Under the pieces are notes generated by a model. That model was not told the origin of the DNA and made no database searches. It saw only the letters and a program-made list of their open reading frames with translations. Shown in pieces: positions 31,776-41,881 of a stretch of 64,000 nt of DNA; position 1 is the stretch's first letter; each line of letters starts with the position of its first letter. The stretch is from an uncultured delta proteobacterium. GTDB lineage: Bacteria; Desulfobacterota; WTBG01; CAIYCZ01; CAIRTM01. The stretch covers positions 496,183 through 560,182 of the forward strand of contig CAWDSQ010000007.1 of NCBI GenBank assembly GCA_963804955.1, read 5' to 3'. The translations under genes were made by a program, and so were the position numbers.

Positions 31776-32774
31776 CTATGTTACCCTGCCGTACATAATG
31801 CCGGAATCATTGGGTCCGGTGAAATCAAGACGCTGAATATTTTTGACGCCTGCCTGCGCAAGCATATGCCGCAGCTGCTCTTCGGAGTACGACTGGCCGC
31901 CTTTGGTTGCCACGAGCATATTGAGGGAAAAAATGGCAGGAAAGGCAGGACCTGCCATGTCATTATTCAGGATAAATTCATGGATATACATGGTTCCGCC
32001 GGGATTCAGTGCCGCGGCTGCTTTGCTGATGAGCTTCTGACAATCAGCCGGGCTTTCGGCATGCAGAATCTGCGACAGCCAGACAGCATCATAGGTTCCG
32101 GGTATATCTTCCGCAGCATAATTGCCCGGAATAAAGGTGATCCGATCGGACAGGCCTGCCAGAGCTATGGTGCGCTGGGCATACTGGCGTGATTCGGGCA
32201 GATCATACACGCAGGCCTGCAGGTCGGGGTTTTTCAAACAGAAATTGACGGCATAGGTGCCGGGCCCGCCGCCAAGATCAAGAAGGCTTCCCGCGCTGCC
32301 AAGATCAAGAATGTCGGCAATTTTAGGCGCCAGGGCAGATGCAAGATTATGCATGCCCATAAGAAAGCTCTCGCGCTCATCATCGGTTTTTTCATACACC
32401 GATGAAATCTGCGCGCCGGTCAGTATGGCCTGCGGCAAATGCCACCAGGACTCAACGGTATGATAAAAATGGGTTATAATATAACCGATATAGTCAGGAG
32501 AGCTCTTCACCAGGTACTTCCGGGCCGACTCGGCGTTTCGAAACCGTTCACCCTCTTTTTTCAACAGTCCCATAGCGGCAAGCGCATTGCACAGCATGGT
32601 CACTGCGCGGGCATCAGCCCCGAGGTCACGTGAAATATCCGCGGCATAAGCCTCACCTCCTTCAATGCAGGAAAAAACATCAAGCTTCACCGCTGTCTGA
32701 AGCGTAATAGCTTCCCAGCAGGAAGATGCCGTACTTAAAATGTCTTTTGGATTCCACTGCCGCTGCTGTGCCAT
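31776..32774 (-). CDS. SAM-dependent O-methyltransferase with N-terminal dimerisation domain
   Basis: LLDLGGGPG, YDAVWLSQILH and ALNPGG motifs. Confidence 0.9.
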   Translation of the reverse strand: MAQQRQWNPKDILSTASSCWEAITLQTAVKLDVFSCIEGGEAYAADISRDLGADARAVTMLCNALAAMGLLKKEGERFRNAESARKYLVKSSPDYIGYIITHFYHTVESWWHLPQAILTGAQISSVYEKTDDERESFLMGMHNLASALAPKIADILDLGSAGSLLDLGGGPGTYAVNFCLKNPDLQACVYDLPESRQYAQRTIALAGLSDRITFIPGNYAAEDIPGTYDAVWLSQILHAESPADCQKLISKAAAALNPGGTMYIHEFILNNDMAGPAFPAIFSLNMLVATKGGQSYSEEQLRHMLAQAGVKNIQRLDFTGPNDSGIMYGRVT

Positions 32775-32880
32775 ACAAAGCCCTCCTGCCTGCTGGTTAG
32801 TGGCTGAACAAAAACCCCGAACACTGCCTTTGCCGGGTTTGTTCTTATGCCTGTCGTTGTTCGTAAGCATTTGTTTTTGC

Positions 32881-32929
32881 GTCGGGTTGAGGTACGAAAC
32901 CCAGCGGTCTCTTCCGGGCTTAACCCAGC
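32881..32929 (+). repeat. REP-like repeat, copy 2 (GGGTTGAGGTACGAAA family)
   Basis: Matches 11118-11166. Confidence 0.8.
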
Positions 32930-32960
32930 GCTGCAAAAAAAACGGCTTTTTGTTCAGGAG

Positions 32961-34334
32961 CTAGTTCTTGAGCGAATGCAGCGGCGCGGGTATGCGGCCG
33001 CCCCTGGCCACAAACGAAGCAGAGGTGCCGACTGTCGGAATATCGATAATGGCGGCCTCTCCGAACAGTCCCCCGAACACGGCCATATCGCCCGCCTTTT
33101 TTCCCGGAACGGGAATAAGCCGAACGCCCGTGGTCTTGTTATTGACCATGCCGATGGCAGCCTCGTCGGCGATGATGGCGGAAATCGTATCGGCATCGGT
33201 ATCGCCGGGTACAGCGATCATGTCAAGGCCAACGGAGCAGACGCTGGTCATGGCCTCGAGCTTTTCAAGGCGCAGGGTGCCCTGCTGAACGGCATGGGCA
33301 AGCGCGCGGTCTTCCGACACGGGAATAAAGGCGCCGCTCATGCCCCCGACAGACGACGAAGCAAAAAGCCCGCCTTTTTTTACCGCGTCATTTAAAAGCG
33401 CAAGAGCGGCTGTGGAGCCAGGCGCACCCAGCACCGTTATGCCCATGGCCTGCAGTATTTCACCGACGCTGTCGCCCATTTTGGGTGTCGGGGCAAGAGA
33501 GAGATCGACTATGCCGAAGGGAAAGCCCAGGGCCGATGCCACCTCGCGGCCGATGAGTTCGCCGACACGCGTGACGCGAAACGATGTTGTTTTAATCTCT
33601 TCTGCAACCTGACCCAGATCAGGCGATTTGCCCATGGCAATGAATCGCTCAAGGGCGCGCTTCACCACGCCCGGCCCGCTGACGCCGATATTGACCACGC
33701 ACTCAGGCTCGCCATAGCCGTGATAGGCGCCGGCCATAAACGGATTATCTTCCGGGATATTGGCAAACACCACAAGCTTTGCGCAGCCGAATCCATCGCG
33801 GTCTGCCGTGCTCAGAGCTATATCCAGAATAATCCGGCCCATCATTTTGACGGCATCCATATTGATGCCCGCCTTGGTCGAGGCCACATTCACCGACGAG
33901 CAAACCCGTTCGGTCTGAGAGAGAACCACGGGCAGAGATCGCATCAGAGCAAGCTCTGACGGGGTTGCGCCCTTCTGTACAAGGGCCGTATACCCGCCCA
34001 CCAGGTCGACCTTCACCTCACGCGCCGCACGGTCAAGCGTGCGTGCAACAGCAAGCAGGCCTTCCTCGCCATGCCCGGCAGCAACCGAGCTTATGGGGCT
34101 TACGGCAATCCGTTTATTGACTATCGGGATGCCGTAGGTGCCGGCAATATCAGTGCAGACCGAAACCAGGCGGCTTGCCTTATTGACCAGCTTGCGCTCA
34201 ATCTTCTGGCACAGCTGGTCGATATCCGGCGAGCTGCAGTCCATCAAATTTATCCCGAGCGTCACCGTGCGCACATCGAGATTTTCCTCCTGCAGCATGC
34301 GCACGGTTCGCAGAATATCTTCAGTTCTCAGCAT
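32961..34334 (-). CDS. UPF0210/DUF711 (PFL-like) protein
   Basis: [27 protein letters not shown] and [12 protein letters not shown] motifs. Confidence 0.92.
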   Translation of the reverse strand: MLRTEDILRTVRMLQEENLDVRTVTLGINLMDCSSPDIDQLCQKIERKLVNKASRLVSVCTDIAGTYGIPIVNKRIAVSPISSVAAGHGEEGLLAVARTLDRAAREVKVDLVGGYTALVQKGATPSELALMRSLPVVLSQTERVCSSVNVASTKAGINMDAVKMMGRIILDIALSTADRDGFGCAKLVVFANIPEDNPFMAGAYHGYGEPECVVNIGVSGPGVVKRALERFIAMGKSPDLGQVAEEIKTTSFRVTRVGELIGREVASALGFPFGIVDLSLAPTPKMGDSVGEILQAMGITVLGAPGSTAALALLNDAVKKGGLFASSSVGGMSGAFIPVSEDRALAHAVQQGTLRLEKLEAMTSVCSVGLDMIAVPGDTDADTISAIIADEAAIGMVNNKTTGVRLIPVPGKKAGDMAVFGGLFGEAAIIDIPTVGTSASFVARGGRIPAPLHSLKN

Positions 34335-34351
34335 GGCTGGTCCTCAGGCTT

Positions 34352-34922
34352 TCAGATTTTTGAATGGGTGAAGGCTATTTCATTGGTGGCGGCGAATATG
34401 TCCTCATGCTGCAGATGCACCGCCAGCGGGTAGTCTTTCCAGAGGCCCTTCAGGTCGATCTGCAGCTGCATGATGTCCTGATCGCGGGGGACAACCACCT
34501 GGCTGATCAAAAGAAAAGCATCACTCGCGGGTATGGGCAAAAAGATCGATGATATTAATGGCGCGTCCTGCAAGATAGGCGGAAACGCGGCTGATGATGT
34601 CGGGCCGGTCGCGGCCCGTGAGGGTGAGCACAAAGCCGTCGCCGTTGCGGGCCTGCGGCGGCCTGGGCTGAGCGCTGTCACGCTGCCGGACCGACACATA
34701 AAACTCGCCCGGTGAGCCTGCTGCTTCAAGCCCCTGCCGCACCTCGTCAAGGGATGGCTCGCCGGGGAAATCAGCCGTCAGCAGAATGGTAAAATACTCA
34801 TCCATAACCGTCTGACTGATGGCGCCGATGGTTCCCCCGAGAGAAAATATACTCTTTGCCACGGCAGCGATGATGCCGACCCGGTCCCGGCTCATGAGTG
34901 AAATAACAACATGCGCTGGCAT
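34352..34922 (-). CDS. Double ACT-domain protein (GcvR-like), frameshift near 34525
   Basis: SRDRVGIIAAV and GRDRPDII motifs, C-terminal LQHEDIF; the usual neighbour of DUF711. Confidence 0.85.
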
Positions 34923-34947
34923 GATGAATCCTTCTAAAGTTCAAAAT

Positions 34948-36042
34948 TTATTTTGGGTACTTCACAAATAATTTACCCCAGGGCGATTCGCGCTGCCATT
35001 TTTCAACAACCGGGAGGCCCTTGGACGGGTACCATATCTTATCGTGATAAGACTCGGAGGCAAAAATAAAAAGGTTCACGAGGGGCGTATGAAACAACAG
35101 GGGCTGCAGGTGCTTGAGCGGCGTGTCATGCCACAGGAGACGGCCTGCACCGGTTGCCATATTGACGCCCACCTCGAAATTCCAGTTCTCCTTTGCCGCA
35201 TCAACATCCCCCACAATCTCGATATCGGCCGGATCGCCGACGCCCAGACCATGTTCGTGGGAAAGCGCGATGCAGGGCAGATCCCGCCAGTTAAACCCCA
35301 TGAGCTTTGCCGCAACGGAATCGATGGCAACCTGATCGGCAGAGGCAAGAATCACGTTTTTATCATGGGGCCGCACCGTGCGCGGGCCGGGGCCTGACCC
35401 TGCGGTGGTGCCGTCCATGGTGGCAAACATCCCTGAGTGTATCTCCCGCCCGATGGCCAGCAGGTCAACCAGGGTTTCATGAATCCAGGTATGCGTGTAG
35501 TGCCGCTGGCGGTTCAAGAGCCCGCCAAAGGCGTTTTTCAGGGCGCCGGTATAGGTCGTATAGGAATGGGTTTTGACCGTGGGCAAATGCACGATATTTT
35601 TGCCCTGGAAATAATCGGGGATGAAGATGCCGTCGGGAAAAATCTTATGCAGAGCAATGGTTTTAAACTTCGGCTTATAGGGAATCCACTTCATATGCTC
35701 ATCACGAAAATTGAACAGCACGGGGATATCATATTTGGCATACAGGGGCTTGAACTTCAGATCCTCTTCGCCCTTCTCGGGGATGGTAACGACGGTATGA
35801 TTATGCACGGCCACAAGATCCCTGCACCCTGCATCCTTTATGCCCAGTATGGTTCCCTCAAGCTGCCAGGGGGTTGTGTTGACGCCGGGAAACACATTGT
35901 GCCAGGTAATATTATCTTTCAAAATGGTTGTTGCCCCGGGATCAAGGGCTTTGTCTATGCCTGCAAGGCTGCACAGCCTGCGGTAATCCTCGACTACCGT
36001 TTCAGGCTTTGTGCGCAGAATCGCCACTTTTGCTTTTGCCAT
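34948..36042 (-). CDS. DUF362 domain protein
   Basis: LPTVKTH, TGALKNAFG, GSGPGP and ASADQVAIDSVAAKLMG motifs. Confidence 0.88.
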   Translation of the reverse strand: MAKAKVAILRTKPETVVEDYRRLCSLAGIDKALDPGATTILKDNITWHNVFPGVNTTPWQLEGTILGIKDAGCRDLVAVHNHTVVTIPEKGEEDLKFKPLYAKYDIPVLFNFRDEHMKWIPYKPKFKTIALHKIFPDGIFIPDYFQGKNIVHLPTVKTHSYTTYTGALKNAFGGLLNRQRHYTHTWIHETLVDLLAIGREIHSGMFATMDGTTAGSGPGPRTVRPHDKNVILASADQVAIDSVAAKLMGFNWRDLPCIALSHEHGLGVGDPADIEIVGDVDAAKENWNFEVGVNMATGAGRLLWHDTPLKHLQPLLFHTPLVNLFIFASESYHDKIWYPSKGLPVVEKWQRESPWGKLFVKYPK

Positions 36043-36154
36043 CGCTTCATCTCCTTGTATGAACTATCATAACAGTCCGGGCGCACATGGATATGCCCGT
36101 GCACATTCCGTCTGTTACCTGTATATATATGTAATTCTGCTCAAAAAACCAATA

Positions 36155-36187
36155 AAAAATCCCCAGCTATGCGGGCAGCCGGGGATT
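36155..36187 (-). terminator. Terminator after the HU gene
   Basis: AATCCCC...GGGGATT stem with a T-tract on the minus strand. Confidence 0.55.
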
Positions 36188-36211
36188 GTGTGCAGATATG
36201 GGCCGGATAAA

Positions 36212-36520
36212 TTACTTGGCAGGGATGATGGCATCCTTGCAGGCCTTGGCCACGCGAAACTTCACAACGGTCTTTGCCTTGATCTTGATCGCTTCGCCGG
36301 TGGCGGGGTTGCGGCCGGTACGGGCCTTGCGCGCCACTTTCACGAGTTTGCCGAAACCGGGCATCGTGAACTCGCCCTTTTTCTTGGTTTCCTTGTAGGC
36401 GATGTCGGTAAGGGCGTCAAAAAAATTGCTTACGTCCTTTTTGGTGATGCCGAGCTTTTCAGAAATTTCGCCGACCAACTGAGCTTTCGTGAGTGCTTTG
36501 ACTGTTACTTCTTTTGCCAT
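36212..36520 (-). CDS. hup: HU family DNA-binding protein
   Basis: GFGKL and RKARTGRNPATGEAIKI motifs. Confidence 0.95.
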   Translation of the reverse strand: MAKEVTVKALTKAQLVGEISEKLGITKKDVSNFFDALTDIAYKETKKKGEFTMPGFGKLVKVARKARTGRNPATGEAIKIKAKTVVKFRVAKACKDAIIPAK

Positions 36521-36919
36521 GCTGTTCCTCCCTCTGCTTAAAAGCGTTTTTCATTGTTTGTTTATATGCTTCTCCCGCAAGGTCGTTTAACTGGGGCAAT
36601 ACTACAGAACCCTTTTTATTTAATCAAGAAAAAAAAACCTGTTTCTTCCAAAAAAAAACATTTTTCAACCAATAAAAAGGGGGTGTTTTATCTGTTGACA
36701 CGGCAGAGCACTTATACGTATTGTTAATATGGCTTGCAGCAGCCAACAGAAAAGCTGTTTGCGACAGACAGCATAAACAACAGGCATGCTCACCGCATGC
36801 TGCGTCAGCTACACCTGAAGCTTCGGTCAAACATGTCAGGCCGCCTGAGCCGGACTCTGCCGGCGCTGTCGAGGGCGAAGGCGTGAGCTTCGGCGACTGA
36901 AAAGAAACGGAACTAAAGT

Positions 36920-38312
36920 ATGATTATCGACGACACCAGCATCGCTGCGCAGCTTAAGCGCAGCGGCAACACTAACACTAACGACGCCCCCCGTGCGCGG
37001 GAAATTTTCACCAAAGCGCGCGAGCTTCATGGCATCAGCCAGACAGAGGCGCTTGCGCTGCTGCAGCTGACTGAACCTGAACTCCTGCATGAACTCTTTG
37101 AAACCGCCCGGTTTGTTAAAAATGAAATCTACGGCAACCGCCTGGTGCTGTTCGCCCCGCTCTATATTTCGAATCTCTGCGGCAATGAGTGCCTGTACTG
37201 CGCCTTCCGCCGCTCAAACAAAGAGATCGTGCGCAAGGCTCTTTCGCAGGAAGAGATCGCCAGGGAGACGGAAGTGCTGCTCGCGCAGGGCCATAAGCGG
37301 GTACTCATGGTGGCGGGCGAAGCATACCCGAAAGAGGGGCTTGAATATATCTTTCGCTCCATTGAAACCATCTACAGTGTTTCAGTGCCCAGGGGTGCCG
37401 TGCGCCGCGTCAATGTCAATATTGCACCCCTCACGGTTGATGAATTCCGGGAACTCGGCAAGCACCGCATCGGCACCTATCAGCTGTTCCAGGAAACCTA
37501 CCACCGCCCAACCTATGCAAAGCTGCATACCGGCGGGCTTAAAGCTAATTATGATTACCGGCTTGAGGCAATGGATCGCGCTTTCCAGGGCGGGCTAAAA
37601 GACCTGGGCATCGGCCTGCTGTTCGGGCTGCATGACTGGCGCTATGAAATACTGGCCCTGCTGCAGCACATAGCGCATCTTGGAAAAAAATTTCGGCGTC
37701 GGCCCGCACACTATCTCCGTGCCGCGGCTTGAGCCCGCCGTGGGATCGGATGTAAGCACCCACCCGCCCTATCCCGTCACGGATGACGACTTTCGCAAAA
37801 TCATCGCCGTGCTGCGCATCGCAGTGCCCTATACGGGCATCATCCTGAGCACGCGCGAATCGGCAGCCATGCGGCGCGAGGCATTCGAGCTGGGGGTTTC
37901 CCAGATTTCCGCGGGCTCGCGCACGAACCCGGGCGGCTACAGCGAAAGCGCCCATGAAACCGGCGAGCAGTTTTCACTGGGCGATACGCGGCCCCTCATG
38001 TCCGTCATACATGACATTATCGAGCACAACCATATTCCGTCGTTCTGCACCGGCTGCTACCGCCTGGGCCGGGTGGGCAAAGATTTTATGGACATGGCCA
38101 AGCCGGGCCTTATCAAGCAGCACTGCCTGCCCAATGCCATCTTCACCTTTGCAGAATACCTGCATGATTTTGCCGACGCAGAATTAAAAGAAAAAGGCTT
38201 TGCTCTTATCGATCAGATGCTCAGCAGTGAAATCGGCGCCGGCAAGCTTAAAAAAACCACCCTCAAAAACCTTGAGCGGATTGCTTCTGGCGAACGCGAC
38301 CTTTATCTGTAA
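36920..38312 (+). CDS. hydG: [FeFe]-hydrogenase maturase HydG (radical SAM), frameshift at the A-run near 37685
   Basis: APLYISNLCGNECLYC, FQETYH, GVGPHTISVPR and C-terminal CX2CX22C (CTGC...C). Confidence 0.9.
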
Positions 38313-38314
38313 AG

Positions 38315-38495
38315 GCTGTTGGATTGGTTACATTGGTTGAAAAAAGGTTGTATTAGTTAGATTAATTAGATTGGTTTTATTGGCTGCTTTTTTAACGAAT
38401 CAAACTAACTGAACCAACTGAACCAATTGAACCAATTGAACCAATTGAACCAACTGAACTAATTGAACCAACTGAACTAATTTAACCAATTAAAC
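38315..38495 (+). repeat. AT-rich element with inverted 9-bp tandem arrays (AACCAAYTG), copy 1
   Basis: About 10 nonamer units at 38403-38495. The roughly 70-bp core is nearly identical to the reverse complement of 42415-42488. Confidence 0.85.
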
Positions 38496-38505
38496 ATTTT
38501 TTTAC

Positions 38506-39555
38506 ATGATTACCGACGAAACTTCATTCTTTGACGCCCCGCTTTCCCGCAGCGAGATCGTGCAGTTTTTAAAAGAAGACGATCTTTCGACTCTGGCAAA
38601 ACTCTATACCACTGCCGACGATGTGCGCGCCCTGTGCGTGGGCGAAGATATACACGTGCGCGCCCTCATCAACTTTTCAAATTACTGCCGACGAAACTGC
38701 CTGTACTGCGGCCTGCGCCAGGGCAATGCCGATCTGGCGCGCTTCCGCATGTCTGAGCAGGAAATCATCTCTGCCGCTGTTAAAGCTTCTGAAAAAGGCT
38801 ACCGTACCGTTGTGCTTCAGTCCGGCGAAGACCCCTGGTATACGGAAGAAACCATGTGCCGCATTATCGACGGCATCAAAGAAGCCTGCGATATGGCCAT
38901 AACCCTGTCGGTGGGGGAGCATCCGTACAAAACTCTCAAAGCCTGGTTTAACGAGGGCGCCGACCGGTATCTGCTGAAGCATGAGACAAGCGATCCTGAC
39001 CTGTATGAGCAGCTGCATCCTGACCTGCGGTTTGAAGACCGCATCGACACGCTGCGCAATCTCAAGGAAATCGGGTACCAGACCGGCTCCGGCATTATGG
39101 TCGGCATACCGGGCCAGACCTATGAATCGGTGGCCGAGGACATCCTGCTGTTCAAGGAACTGGATATCGACATGATCGGCTGCGGGCCCTATATTCACAA
39201 TCCCAAAACGCCGCTTGCAACAATGACGCCCGACGCCGGCAGATACATCCAGCCCGAGCCGGAATATGTCTACAAGGTGGTGGCTTTGTCGCGCATCATC
39301 ACCCGCGATACGCTCATTCCCGCAACCACGGCGCTCTCGGTGCTGAATCCCGACCTGGGCGTCCTTTCGGCCATCAGCGCAGGCGCTAATGTCGTTATGA
39401 TCAATGAAACGCCCGAGGCCTACCGGCGTCTGTATGAAATCTATCCCAAGGGCGAAAATGCCGTCACCATTCTGTCTCCCGAGAGCCCCTTTGCCACCAT
39501 CGAGCGCATGACCGGTCGCCCCGTGTCCCGCGATTACGGCCACCGGCATTTGTAA
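38506..39555 (+). CDS. hydE: [FeFe]-hydrogenase maturase HydE (radical SAM)
   Basis: SNYCRRNCLYCGLR, VVLQSGED, GADRYLLKHET, IPATTAL and GANVVM...LYEIYP motifs. Confidence 0.9.
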   Translation: MITDETSFFDAPLSRSEIVQFLKEDDLSTLAKLYTTADDVRALCVGEDIHVRALINFSNYCRRNCLYCGLRQGNADLARFRMSEQEIISAAVKASEKGYRTVVLQSGEDPWYTEETMCRIIDGIKEACDMAITLSVGEHPYKTLKAWFNEGADRYLLKHETSDPDLYEQLHPDLRFEDRIDTLRNLKEIGYQTGSGIMVGIPGQTYESVAEDILLFKELDIDMIGCGPYIHNPKTPLATMTPDAGRYIQPEPEYVYKVVALSRIITRDTLIPATTALSVLNPDLGVLSAISAGANVVMINETPEAYRRLYEIYPKGENAVTILSPESPFATIERMTGRPVSRDYGHRHL

Positions 39556-39735
39556 TGTGGTTTATGTGCCGGGCTGAATCATGCTGTCCGGCCGGCTTTG
39601 GGGGCCTTTTGTCATGTCACGCAGAACATGATCAAGTGCAGAATTCTTTCGAAAAAAATTAAAGTTTTTCGGTGGGCAGTAAACTCGCTGTTTCTTGTTT
39701 TCTGGCGGTCTGGGAAACAATTGAAGACAGCTGTG

Positions 39736-39774
39736 CGCTGCGCTCCACCACGCCAGTAACCTTTAGCGTTACCC
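39736..39774 (+). mobile_element. Right half of an integron attC site (R' core GTTACCC)
   Basis: CGCTGCGCTCCACCACGCCAGTAACCTTTAGC-GTTACCC. The core is the reverse complement of the GGGTAAC that ends the next cassette. Confidence 0.65.
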
Positions 39775-39859
39775 GGAAAATAAACAATGCGCAACTAATG
39801 ATTGCATTATGTTGCATTATGTTATATAATGTACACATAAACAATTTGGAGGAAAAACC

Positions 39860-40078
39860 ATGGCGACAGCAGTTAGAATATCAGAAAAACTTGTTGATGA
39901 GGCAAAGAGATTTAGCCGGATCGACCATCGATCTTTAGCTGGTCAGATTGAGCATTGGGCGCGTATGGGAAAATGCGCTGAGGAGAATCCCGACTTATCA
40001 TATTCCTTCATTAAAGAAATCTTGATCGGACTTGATGAATTAGATCAGGGCGAAAAAACGGAATACAAGTTTGGATAG
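39860..40078 (+). CDS. ParD-like antitoxin (RHH)
   Basis: MATAVRISEKLV...RSLAGQIEHWARMGK..EENPDL; GGAGG RBS. Confidence 0.88.
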   Translation: MATAVRISEKLVDEAKRFSRIDHRSLAGQIEHWARMGKCAEENPDLSYSFIKEILIGLDELDQGEKTEYKFG

Positions 40079-40084
40079 GTTACC

Positions 40085-40366
40085 ATGAAAATCTACCAAT
40101 CAAGATTATTCGAGAAAAAAATAAAGAAGATGTCTAAGGCAGAAAAGGAATCTTTAGATCGCGAAGTTAGAAATATTGCTGAAAACCCACATATTGGTGA
40201 AGAAAAGAAGGGAGATTTGAAGGGTGTTTTTGTGCATAAATTCAAGCTCAAGACGAATTTATACTTGCTGGCATATAGGAAAACAGGTTCAGATTTAGAA
40301 CTGATCATGATTGGAGCTCATGAAAATTACTATCGTGATCTGAAGAGTTACTTAAAAAGCAGATAA
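40085..40366 (+). CDS. RelE/ParE family toxin
   Basis: NPHIGEEKKGDL..VFVHKF and IGAHENYYRDLK motifs; directly follows the antitoxin. Confidence 0.88.
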   Translation: MKIYQSRLFEKKIKKMSKAEKESLDREVRNIAENPHIGEEKKGDLKGVFVHKFKLKTNLYLLAYRKTGSDLELIMIGAHENYYRDLKSYLKSR

Positions 40367-40369
40367 AGG

Positions 40370-40427
40370 GGGTAACGAATCACTGCAGCCGACCGCTTCC
40401 AGCGGCGGCTGACTTTTAGCGTTATGC
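40370..40427 (+). mobile_element. Integron attC site (58 bp)
   Basis: R'' GGGTAAC, stem CAGCCGACCGC/GCGGCGGCTG and R' GTTATGC, immediately after the toxin stop codon. Confidence 0.85.
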
Positions 40428-40476
40428 CTCTACAAAACCTTGACTTATTAAATATAATAAGTTATTAAAATTAATT

Positions 40477-40749
40477 ATGTGGCGCATACAGGAACATCGA
40501 AGCCTGGATAAGATAATTGAGAAACTGCCTTTACAAGTCGTTAAAAAATACGAACTCTGGAAAGACATTGTTTTTCGGCATGGGCCGGAAAAATTACGCG
40601 AATTTTCCGGATTTCATGACGAAAAACTAAGAGGAGAGCTGGAAGGACAACGATCTTCACGGCTTAATATTCAATACCGGATCATTTATTCCGTCGAAAA
40701 AGATATTATTACAGTTTATGTGATTGATATTACGCCGCATAAATATTAA
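40477..40749 (+). CDS. HigB-like (RelE superfamily) toxin
   Basis: GFHDEKLRGELEGQRSSRLNIQYRIIY; toxin-first order. Confidence 0.85.
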   Translation: MWRIQEHRSLDKIIEKLPLQVVKKYELWKDIVFRHGPEKLREFSGFHDEKLRGELEGQRSSRLNIQYRIIYSVEKDIITVYVIDITPHKY

Positions 40750-40760
40750 GGAGATAAAAC

Positions 40761-41036
40761 ATGGGTGCTAATAAATCAAATTTCAAGCCAGCAAAACAGC
40801 ATGCGACCTTAACCACCGGCGAGGTAATAAAAATGCTGCGTGAATTAAAAGGGTGGACTCAGGAGGAATTATCAAAATATTGCTCTATCAATGCAAAAAA
40901 TATCAGCATGCTTGAAAACGATAAACTGGAAATTGGAAAAAAAAGAACGGAGCAGCTTGCTAAAGCATTTAATGTACATCCCGCAATAATTATGTTTCCA
41001 GAGTACGAAGCAATAGAAATTCATAGAGCGGCATAA
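40761..41036 (+). CDS. HigA-like XRE-HTH antitoxin
   Basis: IKMLRELKGWTQEELS...ISMLEN..LAKAF HTH motif. Confidence 0.88.
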   Translation: MGANKSNFKPAKQHATLTTGEVIKMLRELKGWTQEELSKYCSINAKNISMLENDKLEIGKKRTEQLAKAFNVHPAIIMFPEYEAIEIHRAA

Positions 41037-41071
41037 CCTGGCGCTGCACTGGGCGCGGTTCCGCTTCGCTC
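41031..41071 (+). mobile_element. Left half of an attC site (R'' GCATAAC), truncated
   Basis: GCATAAC overlaps the antitoxin stop and is the reverse complement of GTTATGC at 40421; followed by CTGGCGCTGCACTGG...CGCTTCGCTC. Confidence 0.65.
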
Positions 41072-41224
41072 AGATACCTTCATAGTATCTACGAACTATA
41101 TGGCAAATTAAATTGACAAGATTATAAAAACTTGGAATAAGAGCATTAGGCAAGGGCTGAAAATTACAGAGCTCTCTATATTAGGGGTTCAGTCACATTC
41201 AAAAGAACCTACTGGAAAATAAAA

Positions 41225-41767
41225 ATGCGCAAAAAATTGTTTACGTTGTTGGGGATTGTATTGTGCATATATATCCTCTGGTGGTTTGACCTGTACACAG
41301 GGTGCGAATATAGTTTTTTTATATTTTATTTTATTCCTGTGAGCATTACAGCCTGGTTTTTTGGATTTAACCTATCAATAATTTGTTCAATATTGTGTGT
41401 ATATGTTTGGTTTTTTGCCGACGATGTTTCCGGGCAACAATATTCTTCAAATACGGTTGCTGTATGGAATACATTAATTCGCCTTATTTCTTTTTTGATA
41501 ATTGGTTGGAGTATGGCGAAAATACATATTTTGCTGCAATCCGAAAAAATAAAAACAGAGAATTTGCAAAAAGCGTTATCTGACATAAAAACACTTGAAA
41601 GATTTCTTTCCATTTGTTGTGTCTGCAAGAAGATTCGCAATGAAGACGGAAAATGGCAGGACATTGAGTTTTACATTGCAAACCATTCCGAAACCAAATT
41701 TGAGCACGGTTTTTGTCCCGAATGCGCCAAAAAAGCTATTGAAGAGTCTGGATTAATAAAAACATAA
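41225..41767 (+). CDS. Membrane protein (DUF4118-like TM bundle) with C-terminal CxxCKKIR...HGxCPxC motif
   Basis: Four TM segments followed by ICCVCKKIR...W...HGFCPEC; low GC. Confidence 0.75.
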   Translation: MRKKLFTLLGIVLCIYILWWFDLYTGCEYSFFIFYFIPVSITAWFFGFNLSIICSILCVYVWFFADDVSGQQYSSNTVAVWNTLIRLISFLIIGWSMAKIHILLQSEKIKTENLQKALSDIKTLERFLSICCVCKKIRNEDGKWQDIEFYIANHSETKFEHGFCPECAKKAIEESGLIKT

Positions 41768-41835
41768 CCGAACAATCTGGGCAATCTGACTGCGACGAGC
41801 CCGGCGGCGCTGCGCAGTCAGGGTTATTGTTCGCC
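41762..41835 (+). mobile_element. attC-like site
   Basis: CGAACAAT...CTGACTGCG/CGCAGTCAG...ATTGTTCG palindrome right after the stop codon, ending in GTTCGCC. Confidence 0.55.
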
Positions 41836-41881
41836 GGATATCGTCCGCAGAACGAGTTCAATCCAACCTGCCAACCAGCAT

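Noticed and set aside
36720..36915. Possible riboswitch or leader peptide before hydG
   Set aside because: Only small hairpins and a 15-codon ORF; no recognisable riboswitch consensus or terminator.
38403..38495. CRISPR array or DGR template repeat
   Set aside because: These are 9-bp tandem units without unique spacers, no cas genes are present, and there is no similarity to the DUF1566 variable regions.
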